Assembly: GCA_964106645.2 (NCBI GenBank)
Contig: OZ067049.1
Direction: 5' to 3' (one strand)
DNA from: Podarcis pityusensis
Taxonomy: Eukaryota
Length of the DNA stretch: 64,000 nucleotides
Position 1 is the stretch's first letter; each line of letters opens with the position of its first letter. Shown piece by piece: positions 12,517-26,800 of this stretch. The notes under the pieces are model-generated. The model did no database searches. It was not told the origin of the DNA and was given only the letters and a program-made list of their open reading frames with translations. A program made the position numbers and the translations under genes.

Positions 12517-14756
12517 AAATCTACACACACGCACCCCACCCTTACTCTAAGAACCAATTTATCAATTCTCAGGAAAGGGACTTCGTAGGTTATTTAAAGG
12601 GAGAGTCTCTAGATAAGAACGACCAGAGTAAACTTGTGGTCACCGTGGGAAAGTGATATTTTCTCCCCGCCCCACCCCCAAAATAATGAGCAAATCCGTA
12701 GCTCTTTCCTCTTTAGACGATTTTTTTTGCTCCCCCCTCCTTTTTTATTATTAAGCAAACATCATTTTGAATTGCATTTTTTTTAAAAAAGCAAACAAGA
12801 AAAGGGAAAGCTAGAAGACCCATAAATAACTGTATCGCATTCGCCGTGAAGGGCTACTCAACGTTCTGGCACTCGAGGGATTCGAACACATGAACTGTTT
12901 GCTAGGAAACGTTTGACAAATGCAACCCATAATGGCCCTCGTGTGATGAAACAGCACAGCGACGAGGGAAACCCTTCTCCTTCGCAGTTTAATAACCAGC
13001 CAACTTCCTGCGCATAAATTAGCTTTAACTGCTGCGCCTTTAGACAGAGACACAAATCTGGCCTCCAGGATCAAACAGCCTCAACATGTAACCAAACATA
13101 ATAATCCGAGGCGGCCTTTCAGCTAGACCTGCTTTTGTGGGACGTTTCCTTCGCACCCTCGGGCCTATACTGTATATTATTTCTGTCCATTGCGTTCTGC
13201 GGGAACAGCTAATAACTATTTCGGGGGTATATTAGGCACATACGAACTTTTAAAATATTATCATTCAGTATCTTCACTTCCCCCTCCCCCAAACCCCTTC
13301 ATGTAATATACCCAAATTCTACCTGCTCAAACATGATGGATTGGGGGAAAGACACACACCAGGAACCTGAAAAACCAGCGTTCATCTCCATGACCACGGA
13401 TTGAACTTTCCTACCAACTTAACGATAATAGGCTCTGTCTTTGGAACTGCTATGTAATTTGATGTATGAGGGTCATTTGGCTGGGAAAAGGAGAATGGAC
13501 ACACAAAACCGCAGAAGGCTCCTACAACCCAGGCGAATCTTTTTCTGTTCACTCCACAATGTTTACCTGCATGAGTACAACCGAGGTTAGAGATGGGCTT
13601 CCATTCCCAGGAATTTTATCTGCCATCTAAGAACTTTTTTTTTTTTTTTTTTTTACAGGCCGGCCAAATCACGATATCAAAACCCATCTATCCGCACCTT
13701 CATAGTTTCCCTATCCCCATCTTCTTACAAAACACCCTCGGTTCCCTCTTCTCCGCCAAGATGGTCTTGTGCCAAGGCTTATATTCTTGAAGAAAACATT
13801 ACACAGCACCCTAGGCACCCACTCAAATTCATTACATGTGTTAGCATTTCAGTCCACACTCGTTTCCTTAGAAAACAAGGCACATTGTAGAGACAAACTA
13901 ATTTAATAAACCCCTTACAGATGGCAGCTGCCTTTTGATTCTTATTATTATTTAAACAGTAATCAAGTCCTTTCTTAACCCGGCGGTTAAGAGCTAAAAA
14001 TGTAGGCAATTAACTTTCTTTGGCTGCAGTTTAGAAACTGTAGCCCCGGAACACAATCCAGCCATAAACCGATTTCCTCCAGTTTGAGAGTGAACCGACT
14101 TAAACCTAAAATACCTAACAAACAAAAACAAAAAACCTTGATTGTAGATCCTACTGTTGCTATCTGTCTTCTAATCATTCTGCTAATTTCCGGGCTTCCT
14201 TTGCAGAGGCCTGTTATCTTCTGTGAACCACAAATTAGGTGGTGGGGTCTGTTATGATCGTGGTTCCCGTTTGATCAAATTCATAATATTTCCACGCTGT
14301 CCCAGGCGTTTAAGTTTTGTTCTTGTAAGCTTTGGCAGAGAGGCGAGAACCAGCTCAGGTGCAGGATGATGCCAAAGAGAGTGTGAAGTGAGAGGAATAA
14401 GGCAATTCTCATCCTTAAAGTCAGCAGCCCACTCCGAGCAAAGGTATACCTAAGTATTCTCAAACAATGAAAGGAGGGGGTGCTAATAAACAACTCCGGT
14501 TGAAATCATGGGCAAAACTTCCACGAAAGGACGTGGCTCTGGATCACATCTTATATTGTATTATCAATTCAAAGTAAAATGCACTCTTCATATCATTTGC
14601 CTATTGCTGATGATGATGCACAGATGTTAGACAAAAGGAAACTGGCGGGGAGGAACAGGTTACAAGCAAAATTAGGCCGCGCAGAAGTTTGTCACGCAAC
14701 CCAGTGACTTGGCCAGCAGACTTCATAAAAACTTGATTGCTTATCGTGGGATCATA

Positions 14757-14925
14757 CGCAGCCCAGTCTTACATAAGCTTACTCCAAAGTAAGTTCCATG
14801 GAGTTGCATGGAGTTTACTCTCGCTGCCTTATAGGGCGATCTCATGTCTATTTAACCGGGAAGTAAGTCCCACTCTATTCGGTTGGACTCCCTTCCCAGG
14901 AAGAAATGTGCGCAGGATTGTACTA
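14757..14925. mobile_element. Two tandem copies of the short palindromic repeat family
   Basis: TTACTCCAAAGTAAGTTCCATGG...CATGGAGTTTACTC and GGAAGTAAGTCCCACT...TTCCCAGGAAG...AGGATTG resemble the 42803/52917 copies. Confidence 0.5.
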
Positions 14926-15492
14926 TCTCAGGATCCAAAAGTGTCCCAAGGGGTGAGCAAGAAGACTAGACCGACCCTTGCAAATAAAATATCCTCATCA
15001 ATTAGGACTTTCCGAGCTCCTTAGAAACACTAGAAAGCTTTGGTGGAAACTTTTGCTTGGTTAGGGAAGTCTCCCTATTGCTTCTCCCACCCCACACTCA
15101 GTTGTTGTTTTTTTAAAAAAACAACAACAAAAAACCCTCCTCCCTTCCACGCCTCGATCCACAGCTCAGAAAAAGGCGGGTTGCCTGGACATGAGCCGAT
15201 ACAGTCCTGGTTGGAAAACAGGGAGACTGAACTGGCCTAAAAGTTTCAATCCTCCTCAACTGGCTCGTGGAGCGAGCTGCGGCGACCAATCTCGAGCTGT
15301 TTCTTTCTCGCGCTCCCGTCTTTTCCCTTCACCCTACTCAATCCAGGCGGGCACCCCCCTCTCACCCACCTTCCCTTCGCCCCAAGATTTCCTGCCAGAT
15401 AAAGGGAAAGTGGAGGGGAGGGGGTGGGCAAGTGGCCTGAACTCGAAGCACCAGGGTCTATCCGTCACTGCCTGGAAGGAAGCTCCAGCCTG

Positions 15493-15509
15493 TGAACTCT
15501 TCTTGAACC
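15493..15509 (-). promoter_or_regulatory. DR5 retinoic acid response element upstream of HOXA3 coding exons
   Basis: GGTTCA-agaag-AGTTCA, a perfect DR5. A Hox/Pbx site TGATTTATG lies at 15528-15536. Confidence 0.85.
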
Positions 15510-17579
15510 GAGATTTAAGTCTCTGGTCATAAATCACCAGGACATAAACTCCGCCATTCACCACTGATAGCAGCGTATTTGTGGCCTGCTTACCTTAACT
15601 TCTGACGACTGAGGCGGAAGCCCGCATTTTGCTCTTTGGAGGCTCGACGACAGTCGCTCCCCGCCAGCCCTGGGAGCACGACTCTTCTCCTCAATCCACT
15701 GCCCCCCCCCACTCCACCTCGTGATTCCCCCTCCCCAAGCAAGTCCCCTCAGCTTCTCCGGGATGGGTCCCAGCTCAACTCATCTCCACCAGGACGAGCC
15801 CACGAGTACAGATGGGAGCAGCCCTGCCTTGATCAGGAAGAGGGCACGCGCGCAAGGGGATCTTTCTCCAGCTCGCCTCTGACGGAGAGCCACCCGCCCC
15901 TCCTCGCCCCGCGCGAGCCTTTACTTCGCTCCAGCCCCTACCTCCACCTCCCCACGCTCCTCGGGGCCTGGCCGCGATCAAGAGCCTCCCCAGGCTACGG
16001 GAGCCCGGCTTCTCCCACCTTGACCAGATTTTCTACAGGAAAAAAAAAAGCAGCAGGGATGTTTCTTCTGAAATCTTTGTGCGCCCAAGGGGGCGTTTGT
16101 TTGAAGGGGGGGTAAGGCAGCTGCCTCGGGAAGTCCAGGGCAGGCAGGCGAGCAGGCGAGCAGAGTGGGGGGTGGGGAGCGGGAAGGGAGGGAGGGCGAA
16201 GAAAGAGGGAGGGAGGGAGGGAAGCGCCGGGGCGGCACTGAAGGCCAGGGAAATTATGCAAATGAAGACAAAGGATGCTCACAAAGGGGTCACCCTCCCT
16301 AGACCGGATTGTTGATATATATGTGCGCGCGCGCGTATTTCCACGTTATATGAAGGTGCTTATGGTAGATATGGACTCTTTTGGACGTGCAGAAGGGGTC
16401 GAAACCTGGAACTCCTGGAAGGCTCGGGTGCTCCCCATTGTAATAAACCAGGAGCCCTCTGATCTGTCTACCACCCAGGCCAATCTAGACAGCGTTTCAA
16501 AGGAACGATTAAAGTAATGACATTTCGGGATGATGAACGGGCGCGCTCACCCGAGATAGGCAACCGCAGCCAGATGCCCATGTAAGGACGCATCTACACA
16601 CACACATGCCCTTCCCCTAGGCTTACATTAACGCGCGCAACTAGATGCGGGATACCCACGCGACCGTGGTACGCAAACAAGCTGCAAAGATTCAACACCG
16701 AGAGGCGATTTCTTTTTTGCCACTGAATCCCGCGCAAATGGGATGTCACTCCCATAAAGACTCCGTTCCCAGTTAGAACCGAATTGCTGGCATGTTTGTC
16801 TCTGTTCAGATCAATGGAACTGAGACAGGCAAACCTACTCCTAAAGGGTGCTTAGGTGAAAGCCGATCGAATTGAAATCGACGGGGTTTGCTGGCGAGCA
16901 AACATCGTTAGGATCGAATGGGGAAGCTGCGCATCCTTCCGCGGCAGAAACAAATAGGACTCGGGTTCTAAATAATTTGGAGGGGCTCCTAGACTTTCTG
17001 AAGCCTAGGTGTGCGCGGAGGACCTCTGTAAATGCGTTCAGAGAGGCTAGCATGAAAGTCTTTTCATCCATAAAGACACACCTCTCCGTGTGTATTTATA
17101 AAAATACGCACACGGACATATGTAATGTTGTGGTTGCATGCTGATGGGCGTGGATGTTTGGTTCTGTGAACTTCAGTTCTCTTCCGCCGCCCCCCTCCTA
17201 GTCTTTGTCCTAGTCTCCCTTCTCCTAACCATTTCTTTATTCCCTTCCAACCACCAAACCAAATGTCGCGAGGTTTAGCCAGCAGAATGCTTCTGGGTTC
17301 CAAAAACAAAACAAAAAACAAAACCAAGCTGGACCTACGGAGAGCATCAAGGCTCTTCTAAGGCAAAACAAAGGAGCCGCTCGGCGCTTCAGACCTTCCG
17401 CGGTGCACTCGGATAAAGCCTAGGTGTGAATCTGACATGCCTTCGATAAAACCCAAGGTGCGAGAAATACAAAGGGCTCCCTTTAAACCGCAATGTCACC
17501 TTAAAGCAGAAACAAAGCAAAAGGAGGGGAAGAAAGAGGATATTTAAACACATGCACACACAAGGACTGTAAGGCCAGG

Positions 17580-17880
17580 GTAGCCTCTTACGCATACCAA
17601 TGGTTTTTGTCATTTATGGCTAGGCAAGATTTATGACTCCGTGCGCCCAAGCTGTAAACAGAGCTTCACAACAGAAAACACTTGCTCCTCGTAGCAGATC
17701 GCGGCGGCTCCCAACTTGAAAGGGGAAAGCTGAGCGGCGTAGGAGGGGGCCCCCCAAAAATTCACTGGTAGGCAGTTTTTTGCTACAAACAACCCCTTGA
17801 AAGTTGCGCTGGAAGAGAAAACGCCTCTTTTGGTCAATAATCAACCTCGTACTTTTCTTCTGAAAGCTGCTGATGCTACA
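17580..17880 (-). promoter_or_regulatory. HOXA3 r5/r6 hindbrain enhancer (Hox/Pbx A and B, Prep/Meis, kreisler/MafB site)
   Basis: TGACAA (17607-17612, minus), AGATTTATGAC (17627-17637), TGATTATTGAC (17833-17843, minus) and Maf-like TGCTGAT (17868-17874). Composition matches the established Hoxa3 r5/r6 enhancer as I recall it. Confidence 0.7.
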
Positions 17881-20759
17881 CTTTTCCTTTTTTTTTTTTT
17901 AAAGCCACCAAAAAAAAAGAGGAAGATGCCGGCTAAGAAACTGGGGGAGGATTTGTGTGGGGAGCAAGGCGGGTGGCAGAGAGAGAAACCCTCTCCGGAA
18001 CAAATTACAGAAGACGGTCCGGGTATCCACCGCGCGCGCACCCCACTTGCCACAAAGGCAGTCTTGGGATTCCCAGCAGCGATGGCGAGGTGGGAGCGCT
18101 CTGTCACACTTCGGAATTACTTTAGGATAATTTTGTGGCGAGCAATGTTCTGATGCAGAGATAACATATTTCACCTTAGAGGTAAATCAGATAAAGGATC
18201 TGTGGTTGGAAGCGGGGGTGGATTTCTAAGCCCTGAATATTTAAATTAAACAGGCTATTTAATTTAATAAGTGAAATTACCCCCCACCCCGAATTCTGTT
18301 CTAGGCTTTGTATCTTTTCTCTATCCAACCTGATCATTTAAAAATAAATAAATCTTACTTTTACTTTATATAGCTGCAGTTGCTTAATACTCTCCCTTCT
18401 AAGAAGCCACGATGTTTGGATTTATGCCATTGGGAGTCAAGCGGCATAAATATGTTTCCAGTTAACTGGATTATACTGGGGAATAAATGAATATCTCAGG
18501 GTGCCCCTCCCTTCCCTGAAAATCCTTTCTGCAACCTGGGGGTGGGCTGCTCACCGGAAAAACAAACAAACCAACCAACAGATACTACACTACATTTTGA
18601 ACGAGGAGCTAAAGTTTGTAAAGGAAGATTTTCTCTTCTCTGGGTAGAAAATCCAGGGGAGTTTCGTCGATCATTTCGGCAAATAGCCCAAAGATTTCGG
18701 AATGCGTTGTGAAAGAAAATATAAATATATCTATTTCCTGGGAAGAGAAAATTATTCAGAACTCCGGAATAACTGTATTGCAAGAAGGCACCGAGAAGAA
18801 CTACTCAACTGATTTAATTGCAGGGAGAGAGGCTTGTTTGGTACAGAGTCTTGATAAAATGCAAATCTGAGACGCTTAATACGCCGAACCTCAGCTTGGT
18901 TACTTGGAAGTAAGTACCATTGGCTTTTTATGGCATTTGCTTCCCGGTAAGGGTGTTTAGGATCTCAATCCCAGAAGTGTATCGCTTCCAACCTTAGGGA
19001 GAAGAAGCCTCTTTGGTCTCTTATCACTGTTTATCTTATCAAACCCCATATAACCGCTATTGACACTTCGTTTTGTATTTACTCAGCATATATACTGAGG
19101 ATTTTAACCGGAATCATTATTATTATTATTATTATTTACTTACTTACCAACACTTGTGCACAAAAGCCCTTTTTCATATCAGCTTCAGCACTCCTATTAT
19201 TTATGACTGTTTTAACTGGGTCAAAATGCACCAAAACTAGGTCATAAATCATAAGAAACCGTGACAAAGTAATTGAGCCACAATTAAAACTTACATTTTA
19301 TTTATTTATTTTCCCAAAGAGGTTTCGGCCTATTTGAAATCTAATTCCCCTCCCCCCTCCCCACAAAGAAAAAAAGTTCCCCCACCTCTTTCATATCTAT
19401 CTGAAAGAGTGTATAGAGGTGCATATGTGTAAAGAGATTCCTGGACAATTTGGATCCGCTTACTTTTCATTTATTAATTTAGGATCTGGTCGGTGAACAG
19501 ATCAGGGAAGGGGGGAAATATACAATATCCGCAAGACACATTCTAGAATTAAACAACCATCATGTTTTAGATAAGGGAGTTTTATTCATAATAGAAGAAG
19601 AAGAAGCAGCTTTTGCTCCTTAACCCCCAATTCTAAAATCTAACCCTGAATTGAATAATTGCAACTGGGCATTAAGAAGGGAGAGGGAGGAGGCGCAGCA
19701 GCGTGTAGGCGAGCGCTCTGCCCCTAGCCCACTGGCAACATAAATCAAAAGTCAGCACTCTGACCTTTAGCAATGCTGGGACTCAGTGGTGGATGTAATT
19801 TTATATAACATTTGTCCCCTTGTATAACACAAGCAGTGCTTTCATTCCCCCTCCCCCTTATTTGCGGTGCATCTCCCTCCATAAAACTGAATGAATAGCT
19901 GGTTAAGACTTGGTGAGAGGTAAAGGAAATCTAACTGCGAATGTAAAGCTTTTGGAGAGAAAAATAGGTTCAAGCGCCCTCTTTTCCTTTCCAGATCCTT
20001 GCTCAATCCAACCACAGCTCCCCCCCCTCCCCGCTCCAATATTCCCATTGATTATTATGGGGTATGGGTGGATGCTTTTATTCCATTCTCACATAGGGAG
20101 AAGACAGGGAAACAGCTTGAAAACTGAGCAGGGAGAGCAGGAAAACCGCCTGGTTTCTTTCTGCTGGAATGGTGAAGATCCCACCAGTCGCGCGTTCAGT
20201 GGGCCACCAGTCAACAAAATACCAGTAAGTGGCATAAATAAAATGGTAGCAGAATTGCATACTCATNNNNNNNNNNNNNNNNNNNNNNNNNNNNNNNNNN
20301 NNNNNNNNNNNNNNNNNNNNNNNNNNNNNNNNNNNNNNNNNNNNNNNNNNNNNNNNNNNNNNNNNNNNNNNNNNNNNNNNNNNNNNNNNNNNNNNNNNNN
20401 NNNNNNGCGTGACGCTTCCCAAAACACACTTAAATCAGCATCAGGGGTATATAATAAACAGGACAACCAAAAGCCTTGACTCTGTCCTCTCCAGCTTCTG
20501 TTGAGCGATTTAAATAACAACGGCCACTAAAGCATCCAGACCACAACAAAAAGCCACAACAAAGCCCAGCCACAAGAACACGCAGAAATCCAAAACCTAT
20601 GGGGGGGGGGGCAAATATTCTCTGATCTGTTTGTTGCAAAGCTCTCTCTCTCGCCCCCCTTCCACAAGCCCAGGGAAACAAAGGGGGAAACGAGGCTTGC
20701 CTGGTGTCCATATACACCCTTAAGCTTTTTCTCCTGACCTTTGCCTCGCCCAGCCATAA

Positions 20760-21120
20760 GTCACCCACGGTAAAGGAACAATCGGCGGAAATACCTTAAA
20801 ATAAAATCCATCCTCTCTTTTTTTTTAAGCGAAGCATCGCGTCCTAACAGTCCGGCGATAACCTTTCCATAAGGACCGAGCGCCGTAGCCCAAGTGGAAG
20901 CTCTCTCTCCGAGGGTGAGCGGGTGGGTTGGTAGTTTGGGGGGGGGGAGGCGGCGGCGGCGGCGGCGCTGATGGTGGATAATAGAAAGCAGTTCTTGCTC
21001 TGAACAGAAACGGAAAAAACGTAATCACGGGCGAAGCCAGTCCGGGTCTCCACTCCAAATGCCACAATAATGCGCTGTATTATGTGCTCACGTGGTCATA
21101 CGTCAACTTAAATCCTTTTA
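20760..21120 (-). promoter_or_regulatory. Putative HOXA3 promoter / non-coding 5' exon
   Basis: CpG-rich non-repetitive block with E-box CACGTG (21090) and CRE-like TGACGTA, plus candidate donors near 20794 and 20764. HOXA3 is known to have upstream non-coding exons. Exon limits cannot be fixed without RNA data. Confidence 0.4.
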
Positions 21121-21166
21121 TTTGAAATAGGGAATCACTGAAGGAACAAGGGTTGGAAGCGCAAGT

Positions 21167-21169
<3 letters not shown>

Positions 21170-21201
<32 letters not shown>
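21170..21201. repeat. (GT)n microsatellite
   Basis: Visible run. Confidence 0.95.
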
Positions 21202-21203
<2 letters not shown>

Positions 21204-23817
21204 CTTTCTCCTCCTTTCTTTTCTGTTTCTTCTCTCACCCCTCCTTAAGCTTTAGCCAAGAAAGGGGGGGGCACAGATTATCTTTTATTTTTTTATCCCA
21301 CTCCTCCCACGAATATTTTTCTATATACGTTTCAGACGGAAGATAGGAAGAATCAACAATTCCCCCCCCCCTCTCTCATGTGATTACCCATAACTTTTTG
21401 AGGCTAACCTACTGGCCTCGTTCTGAAGGAGAAACTCTGCGCTGACCCTTAGAGGAAAAAGGGCAGCTGGCTCCATCCGAGATGAACTTCTGCCAGTATT
21501 TCCATAAGGAAAAGCCCTTCAGTATTAAAGGGGGGGGGGTATCCGCCATCCCACGGGCTCCTCTGTACTTCTATTGAATGGAGCTTGCTGAACACCCACG
21601 TTACAGCAGAGCCGTTGTAGGAACCCCAAAGACCCGTAATTACCTGACAAAAGGCCCAAGGATCCTCTGGTATAGAGTTGGTGGGCTTCTATACTTGTTA
21701 ACACCCTAGGAGGACGACGAGGAGGAGGAGGAAGGCGTCTGCTGGCTTTGTGGTGGATCTACATTTTGCAAACTCTGTTGCGACCTTCTCTTTCAACCTG
21801 CGCTTACGCATTTCCTATGCAAGTACTTGAGTGATGTACAAAATTATAGGGTTCTGGAACGATGAAATATTTAGCGCGGAATAATGATCTAACTGTCCGG
21901 AGAGGGAGGGTTTAAAAAAAAGAAAAGAAAAAGCAAGCAAGAATTGGGGGGGGGGGGAGAGATCTCACACAGGTCCCTGGAGTGAGCCTCAGAAATGAAT
22001 TAATCTTTCATTTGTATGCAGATCTAAAAGTCTTTTTCTTTCTGTTCAGTTTCCACAAGCTACATAGTGCTCTAACAAAGTGACCATGTCTTACAAGGCA
22101 AACGTCGTTTCTACCTTAAATGCATTATGGGCCCACTTTGCCGATGGTGGTTCTGAATTTCTTGCCCGGTTTCCTATGTAACATCCCTCTCAGCTGTTCC
22201 TCCAACCAACTCTAAAGCAAGTTTCACTGTATTCTATTTCTTTCATCACTTGCATTAGGGCTCGGGGCGGGGAGAGAACCCCATTTACTATGTGTGAGCA
22301 GATGAAATGTATCTTCTGCCAGCCTTTTGATCAAATTATGAGCCGTCCTCTTCCTTTGACTGCAACTTAACTTTTAAGAGGCTGGTGGATTTAACCGCAC
22401 TAGTAACCTTCATCTCGTTCCACAACCGTGTTAAGTGGAAATGTGGGGATTTCTGCGCTCACACAAAAAGCTCCCCTTGTCACCCAGAAGCTCTCTAGGC
22501 TCAGAGTTTTCATAAGCTCAGAGTTCTTCTGAAAGCAACTTTCTTTCTTCCTTCCCACTGAACTCAGTGGCAGAATGCCCAAATATATATTACTTCGAAG
22601 CTACCTTTATACATTTTCCTTCCCGGAACATAGCCTTTAATGGAACCAAATTACACCGCTTGATAGGACTAGAACCTGCAGAGCTTAGGCCACAAGCAAC
22701 CTTAAAAAAGAAAGTGAGGGGAGTATTCAAGGGAAACTTGTAGAATAGTCATAGGCATGTCCATCACTAATAGTTCCACTGACAAATGCTAAACTTTAAA
22801 CAGGGAGCACCCTTATCCAAGAGATGGATTCCTAGGCATTTAAACTAAAGTGCCTTCAGCGCAGTCAAAAGAGGCCTTCAGAAGTTCTTCAGCAACAATG
22901 CAGCCAAAATTAATGGATAATGGAGCACATGGGGGAGGTAGGCGCAGCAAATCTTCCTGAATCTCGAGTAAAACGTTATCGACTGCTTTGAGTCAGAAGC
23001 AGAAAGATGACTTTACCAAATAGAAACTACAAAGCCATAAATCATAACTCTGGGGTGCAGATTCAACTTACACGCCTTAACGCCATCTATGAGTACATCC
23101 TTTCCCCCTTTCCTTTCCTTATTTTTAAACAAGGGAAGGGCCCTTTGCTATGTAGGTCTGTATTAGTTTTAACGATCAAGTTAATGTGAAATCTGCCGTT
23201 GAACTATTAACTCCGGTGCGTATTGCATGGATAGTGAATATGTGGGGTGTGTTTTTTTTTCCTAAGGAAAAGTAACTTCTTGGTGATTTATGAGGAGCTA
23301 ATTCTTCAGGCTGTGCTTTATAGGAGACAAGCTTGCTTCACTGGAGTCCTGGTAACTCTGCTTATTATTTCTCCTTTTCAATACAAAAACACCCACCAAA
23401 AAGCTGACCTGGAATTCATTTGCTTGGGTCGAACTTCAGAGATCTTGAATTTTGAGAAATACAAATGGGAATGGACAGGAAGGCAGCAGCCTCGCCACCC
23501 ATTTCGCCTTCCTCGCGGAGGTTCTCCGTTGCCTTCATCTGTTACTTCGAGGACTGGGAAATCTGAACGCTTTGGGGAGAGCTAAAAACGCTACATTTCA
23601 TTTTAGGGAACAGGGCTAGGCTGCCCCGCCTCTTTCTGTACACATAGCAGTGGAATGCATGCGGAAGAAAGAAGGCGCGGAGTAGACAGGAGGTCGAGAT
23701 CCAAGACACAATTACTTGGAGGGAGAGCGGGAGAGCGCTGAAATCAATGGACGTCGTTTTTCAAATGATTGGTTAGCATCCAAGTGCAACTAAGCTGTAA
23801 AGTCTCTACGAATTTGA

Positions 23818-23882
23818 AAGCATATTTACTCAGAGGTAAGTCCTATTGATTTCAGTGGGACTTTCTGCCAAGTAAATATACT
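23818..23882. mobile_element. Short palindromic repeat copy
   Basis: ATATTTACTCAGAGGTAAGTCCTATTGATTTCAGTGGGACTTTCTGCCAAGTAAATAT is self-complementary and belongs to the same family as 42803. Confidence 0.6.
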
Positions 23883-26800
23883 GAGCAGAGAATCCTCCGA
23901 AGAAAGTGGGACTTCCCTTCCGCTATCCATGCTTAGATTAAATAAAGCGATTTGTGCTTTTTGCTTTAGAGGAATTGAGTTTTGGGCTTAGTTTAAAGTT
24001 CCGTTCCGCAATACGCCTCATTTAAAACGAATGCTGATTATTAAGGTTAACCTTAAAATGTTGTGTACACGGAGAAGAAACCGAGTGAACTTCTCTGAAC
24101 ATTTTATGTCACGTTTATGTCTGAAAATGCAAAGCAAGGTAATCAGAACTAGGAAATGACGTTCTCATAGAGACTCTGTTATTATCAGAGCCTGGTGTGA
24201 GTTTTTATGTCACTAGGTTTTGGGGGGGGTGTTGGGTTTTTTGGGTTCCTCTTAAGTAATTTTATCTTTTTTCGTTTAAGCACTAGGACAGCTGCGCTGC
24301 ATCACATCTATTATCTTTTAAAGTTTGTCCAAATTTCATGCATCCTTATCAGAAAAATGGGGATATATATATATATATAATTTAAGCATTGAATACGATT
24401 CTTAGAAAATTCTAGGCTATTTCTGGGAGGATACGGTCAGGCTATATTTCAGACACTTGGAAGTGTTTTGTATTTTAAAGTAATTTGCCCTCTCCCCCCC
24501 CCCCTTCTTGGAATGTTGATAGTTTTAAATCAACATTTTGTCTTGAAATGGCTCAGGAAGGGGCATTCGCAGCGCCTTTTAGCAGGGAGAATTTCAACAA
24601 GCTGCTAAATCAACACAACAAGCCTTTGTAGGCTTGTAATTTATGTCTGCCGTTTAAAAGGTAGTAAACTAAACTAATTGTACTTCAGCCTCATAAAAGC
24701 AGGTAATTCTAGCAGGAAACTCAAGCGGTTCTACATATCCCTTGGACTTCTAACGCTGGTTAATAAAAGGGGGGGGGGAAATCATATGGTGGCGTTTTAA
24801 GCGTTTTCATCGATTTTAAGAACTGAAATGAGAGAATAGTGCAAGGCACCTCTATTAGGATTAAGAGCAGTTTTCAATGAATAGATGCCACCAATGAATA
24901 TATTTCGTTTGCCTTCAGCTGGGTGTAAACGAGGCCACCTAGAGAAAATTTTAAATTTCACTACAACAGCAAGTAAAGCAGATGAGATATTACTGATTCC
25001 TAGTAGTAGTTGCTAGCAGCCATAGAGAATACTCAGGTATTCTAAGTTGCAAAGGTGACTTTTGTTCTCATGTTCTAAACAATCTAAAGCCACCCCGGAA
25101 CAGCAAACAACAAGCAGGCTATCCTAAATGCAGAGCTGCTCTTAATCACGAGCCTATCCTGAGAGAGCTGGATTTTATAAGCAAAATGCATTTTCATTAA
25201 AGACTTCATTGGCTTCTCCAGCTCTTTCCAGCCCGTGTGCAACCCTCCCTGTTCTGAATGGCTCTCAAAGAATTGCTCTTACTTAGGCTCTATGTATTTC
25301 TTTGTTTGACAAGACGTGCATTCACCGACGACGAAAGATGAATTGGCGCAGTGCAGAAAATTCCAACCGATTTAGCTATTTATCAAACCCGAAGCTCACA
25401 GTAACCTTTGTAACAAGCGCTAGCAAACCGAATCCTCTTCTCTGCAATATGAAACTATTTTAAACAATTGGACAACAAATTCCTTTCTTTTCTTTTTCCC
25501 CCCTCTTTCCACCCACAGGGTTCTTACCTCCTCGCGTTTCCAACCACCGGACAGAATTGTTTCCAGATTGTAGGTGTCTTTAAACCGTATTTTCCGGTGC
25601 ACCGGAGTGCTGTAAATAAAGAACAAGCAATAGCTAAATAAGAGAACTATAAGGGATGAGCATTATTTTCGAGACAAGACGTGGGTCAGCTGCTGAGTTG
25701 TTTTAGCAGATCCTCGGTGGGTATATAATCATTAAAAGGACGCTGTTGAGTTGCGGTTTTTTTTTTTTTTTTAGAAAAAAACACACGTAAAAATATTGCC
25801 TTTTGCAATCGTGTATGAAATTGAAAGATAAGCTCCTTTCTTATGAAGACAACTATTCTCCCTGTGAATATCTTATAATTCCTCTTTTATGAAATGTAAG
25901 CTTCATATTCCTCTGGGAAGCCTTTGTTTAGCATCATTTAATCAAGTAAGGACATTAAATACAACTGGCCACGTTCATCTCTGTTTAATGGCATAAGAAT
26001 GTGACTCTCTCCTTTAAATGCAAGGCACACTTCGGTCGAAACTAGGCGCACACTTGAATCTGTGGGCCTGATCTGCCGTCCCTGAACTGTCTCCCATTGG
26101 CTGCAATTGACTTAAAAATCAGACTAGGGACAATAGCAACAAAAATAGTGTTGAAACAGGGGAAACAGACGTGTGTTGTGGGTTTAAATGGCTGTTCTTT
26201 GGTCCGTTGGCGGAAAAGTAGCTTGAAGATAAGGATATTGACTTTCCCAAAGCAATAATAATTTTATTTAAATATATTTATTAATCATTTATAGTAACAA
26301 TAAGATTTTCGCCCTGCTTTCCGCAATCCACTGACAGGCCTCCCCCCCCCCTTTTAAATGTCCCGCTGGATTCTCCTTCGCCTGGCTAGCAAAAGTGACT
26401 GCTAATAATTGCTTAGTGCTGTTTCTTGGAATAATGTCATCGAAGGCTTGAAAAAAAAAGTTTTAAATCTCATCTTGGGAGAACTTGGCATGATAGAATT
26501 TGCTTTTGGTAATTGGATAGTTTGGTAATGACCATTATAATTTTAGATTTGGTGCTAAGCAGGCATCTAGCAGGACAAAAGAAAGGAGAAGCTCTAAATC
26601 GCTTACTGGGGGTTTTATTGCACTCCCACATTAGTAAGATGCTTCGATTTCTGGAACTGCCCGTGGATTTTGCCAGACAGCTGCTTCTATACCAAGGAGT
26701 ATTTAAGGGTATAATAATATTTCTTGCTCGCTCTCTATCCTACCACTTCTCTATTCTGGGAAACTCCTTTGGTGTTTAACGTTCAAACTACTTCCTAAAC

